Shown here piece by piece: positions 37,481 to 38,640 of a stretch of 38,640 bases of DNA (positions within the stretch are counted from its first letter, which is position 1; each line of letters opens with the position of its first letter). Source of the DNA: a virus. Location of the stretch: the IMG/VR virus record IMGVR_UViG_3300029245_000387. The stretch is one strand, 5' to 3'. The notes beneath the pieces are model-generated. The model was not told the origin of the DNA. It saw only the letters and a list, made by a program, of their open reading frames with translations, and did not search any database. The position numbers and the translations under genes are program-made.

Positions 37481-37524
37481 GGATAAGTTGAAATATACTT
37501 ATCTTATTTTTTAAGGAGGTAACT

Positions 37525-38640
37525 ATGGCAAAGCGTGGAAATGGCGAAGGAACTATATATTATAGTGAAAAATTAAATAAATGGGTTGGTCAATTTACTG
37601 CTGGTAGAAAATCAGATGGAAAATTAAATCGTAAATCTGTTTATGGTAATACTAGAAAAGAAGTTAAAGAGAAGATGACTAGAGCTATTGCTGATGTTCA
37701 AGACGATATTTATATTGATAAATCAGAGATAACCGTTTATGAATTATGTAAAGAAATTGTTGAAGATAAAAGAAAATCTAATCAAAATTCTTCTAGCACA
37801 TATAATCGTGCTAAATATACATTAAAAATTATAGAAAACAGTTCATTAGGAAATATGCCTATTCAAAAAGTTACTGCTAAAAATATAAAAAATTTTTTAA
37901 ATGATAATACCAATTATGCTGACTCAACTTTAAAAAAAATATATCAATTATTAGGACAAGCTTTTAAAAGAGCAGTTGAAAGAAATATAATTATTAAAAA
38001 TCCTATTACTTATGAAGAAGCACGAAAACCAAAATCCAATAAAGAAAGTTCAAAAGTTGAAGCATTAACCATAGATGAAGAAAAAAAGCTTATATCTTCA
38101 TTATCAAATGAAACAACACTATATAAACCCATAATCTTATTAATGCTATTTACTGGAATGAGAATTGGAGAAGTTCTTGCATTAAAATGGAATTGTATTA
38201 ATAAGGATTCAATTACAATACATCAATCATTAACAAGAGATGATTATGGCAAAGTTATTCTGGGAGAAAAAGTAAAAACAAAAAAATCTCAAAGAGAAAT
38301 ACCTATTAATAATATTATTAAAGAAATATTAAATTATATACCTAAAAATAGCACTCTACTCTTCCCTGATATTACTCCTAGAAGTACACATACTTTTTTA
38401 AATAATTTTAATGCAACTAATTGCATTACTAATCATATTCATCCACATATGTTAAGACATACATATGCAACTCGTTGTATTGAAGCTGGAATGAATATAA
38501 AAGTATTACAAAAAAAATTAGGTCATAAAAATATACAGACTACTTTGGATACATATGCCAGTGTATTCGACAAATTTGAAGACTCTGAAGATGATAAGTT
38601 ATTATCTTATTTTGAAGAAAATAAAATTGGGTTGCATTAA
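37525..38640 (+). CDS. int: Phage tyrosine recombinase integrase
   Basis: N-terminal AP2/Arm-like domain, [53 protein letters not shown]. Confidence 0.95.
   Translation: MAKRGNGEGTIYYSEKLNKWVGQFTAGRKSDGKLNRKSVYGNTRKEVKEKMTRAIADVQDDIYIDKSEITVYELCKEIVEDKRKSNQNSSSTYNRAKYTLKIIENSSLGNMPIQKVTAKNIKNFLNDNTNYADSTLKKIYQLLGQAFKRAVERNIIIKNPITYEEARKPKSNKESSKVEALTIDEEKKLISSLSNETTLYKPIILLMLFTGMRIGEVLALKWNCINKDSITIHQSLTRDDYGKVILGEKVKTKKSQREIPINNIIKEILNYIPKNSTLLFPDITPRSTHTFLNNFNATNCITNHIHPHMLRHTYATRCIEAGMNIKVLQKKLGHKNIQTTLDTYASVFDKFEDSEDDKLLSYFEENKIGLH

Noticed and set aside
1-38640. CRISPR array, tRNA genes, retron, diversity-generating retroelement or transposase
   Set aside because: I saw no regularly spaced repeats, no convincing tRNA cloverleaf or CCA-ended gene (so no visible tRNA for CGGN in the window), no reverse transcriptase motifs and no transposase.

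Overview
AT-rich, siphovirus-type Firmicutes prophage or temperate phage. It carries terminase, portal, minor head, scaffold, capsid, connectors, tail tube, tail-assembly chaperone, tape measure, baseplate/S74 tail protein, holin-like protein and C39-type lysin on the minus strand, with early replication/recombination genes upstream and a plus-strand repressor / ImmA / tyrosine-integrase module at the right. The strongest observation is a recurrent, codon-specific +1 discontinuity. I find seven in-frame CGG codons in five genes, and at each one the conserved protein continues only if the ribosome skips one nucleotide (C) and reads the following GGN as glycine. Sites are 13248, 13187 and 13108 (gp10-like tail/head completion protein), 17589 (SPP1 gp7-like minor head protein), 29862 (DNA methylase, inside the DPxxGS SAM motif), 32025 (replication/DnaD-like protein) and 37375 (+, ImmA/IrrE). 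In my by-eye scan of every CCG/CGG trinucleotide I found no in-frame CGG used as an ordinary Arg codon in the genes annotated here. This suggests CGG is unassigned or repurposed as a dedicated +1 frameshift / 'CGGN = Gly' quadruplet signal in this phage and its host. Separately there is a well-formed -1 slippery site (TTTTTTC) for a gpG/gpGT-type tail chaperone, a likely ATT start for the tape measure protein, an Acb2-like putative anti-CBASS protein, an RNA ligase, and a structured non-coding region at about 23.55-23.85 kb.
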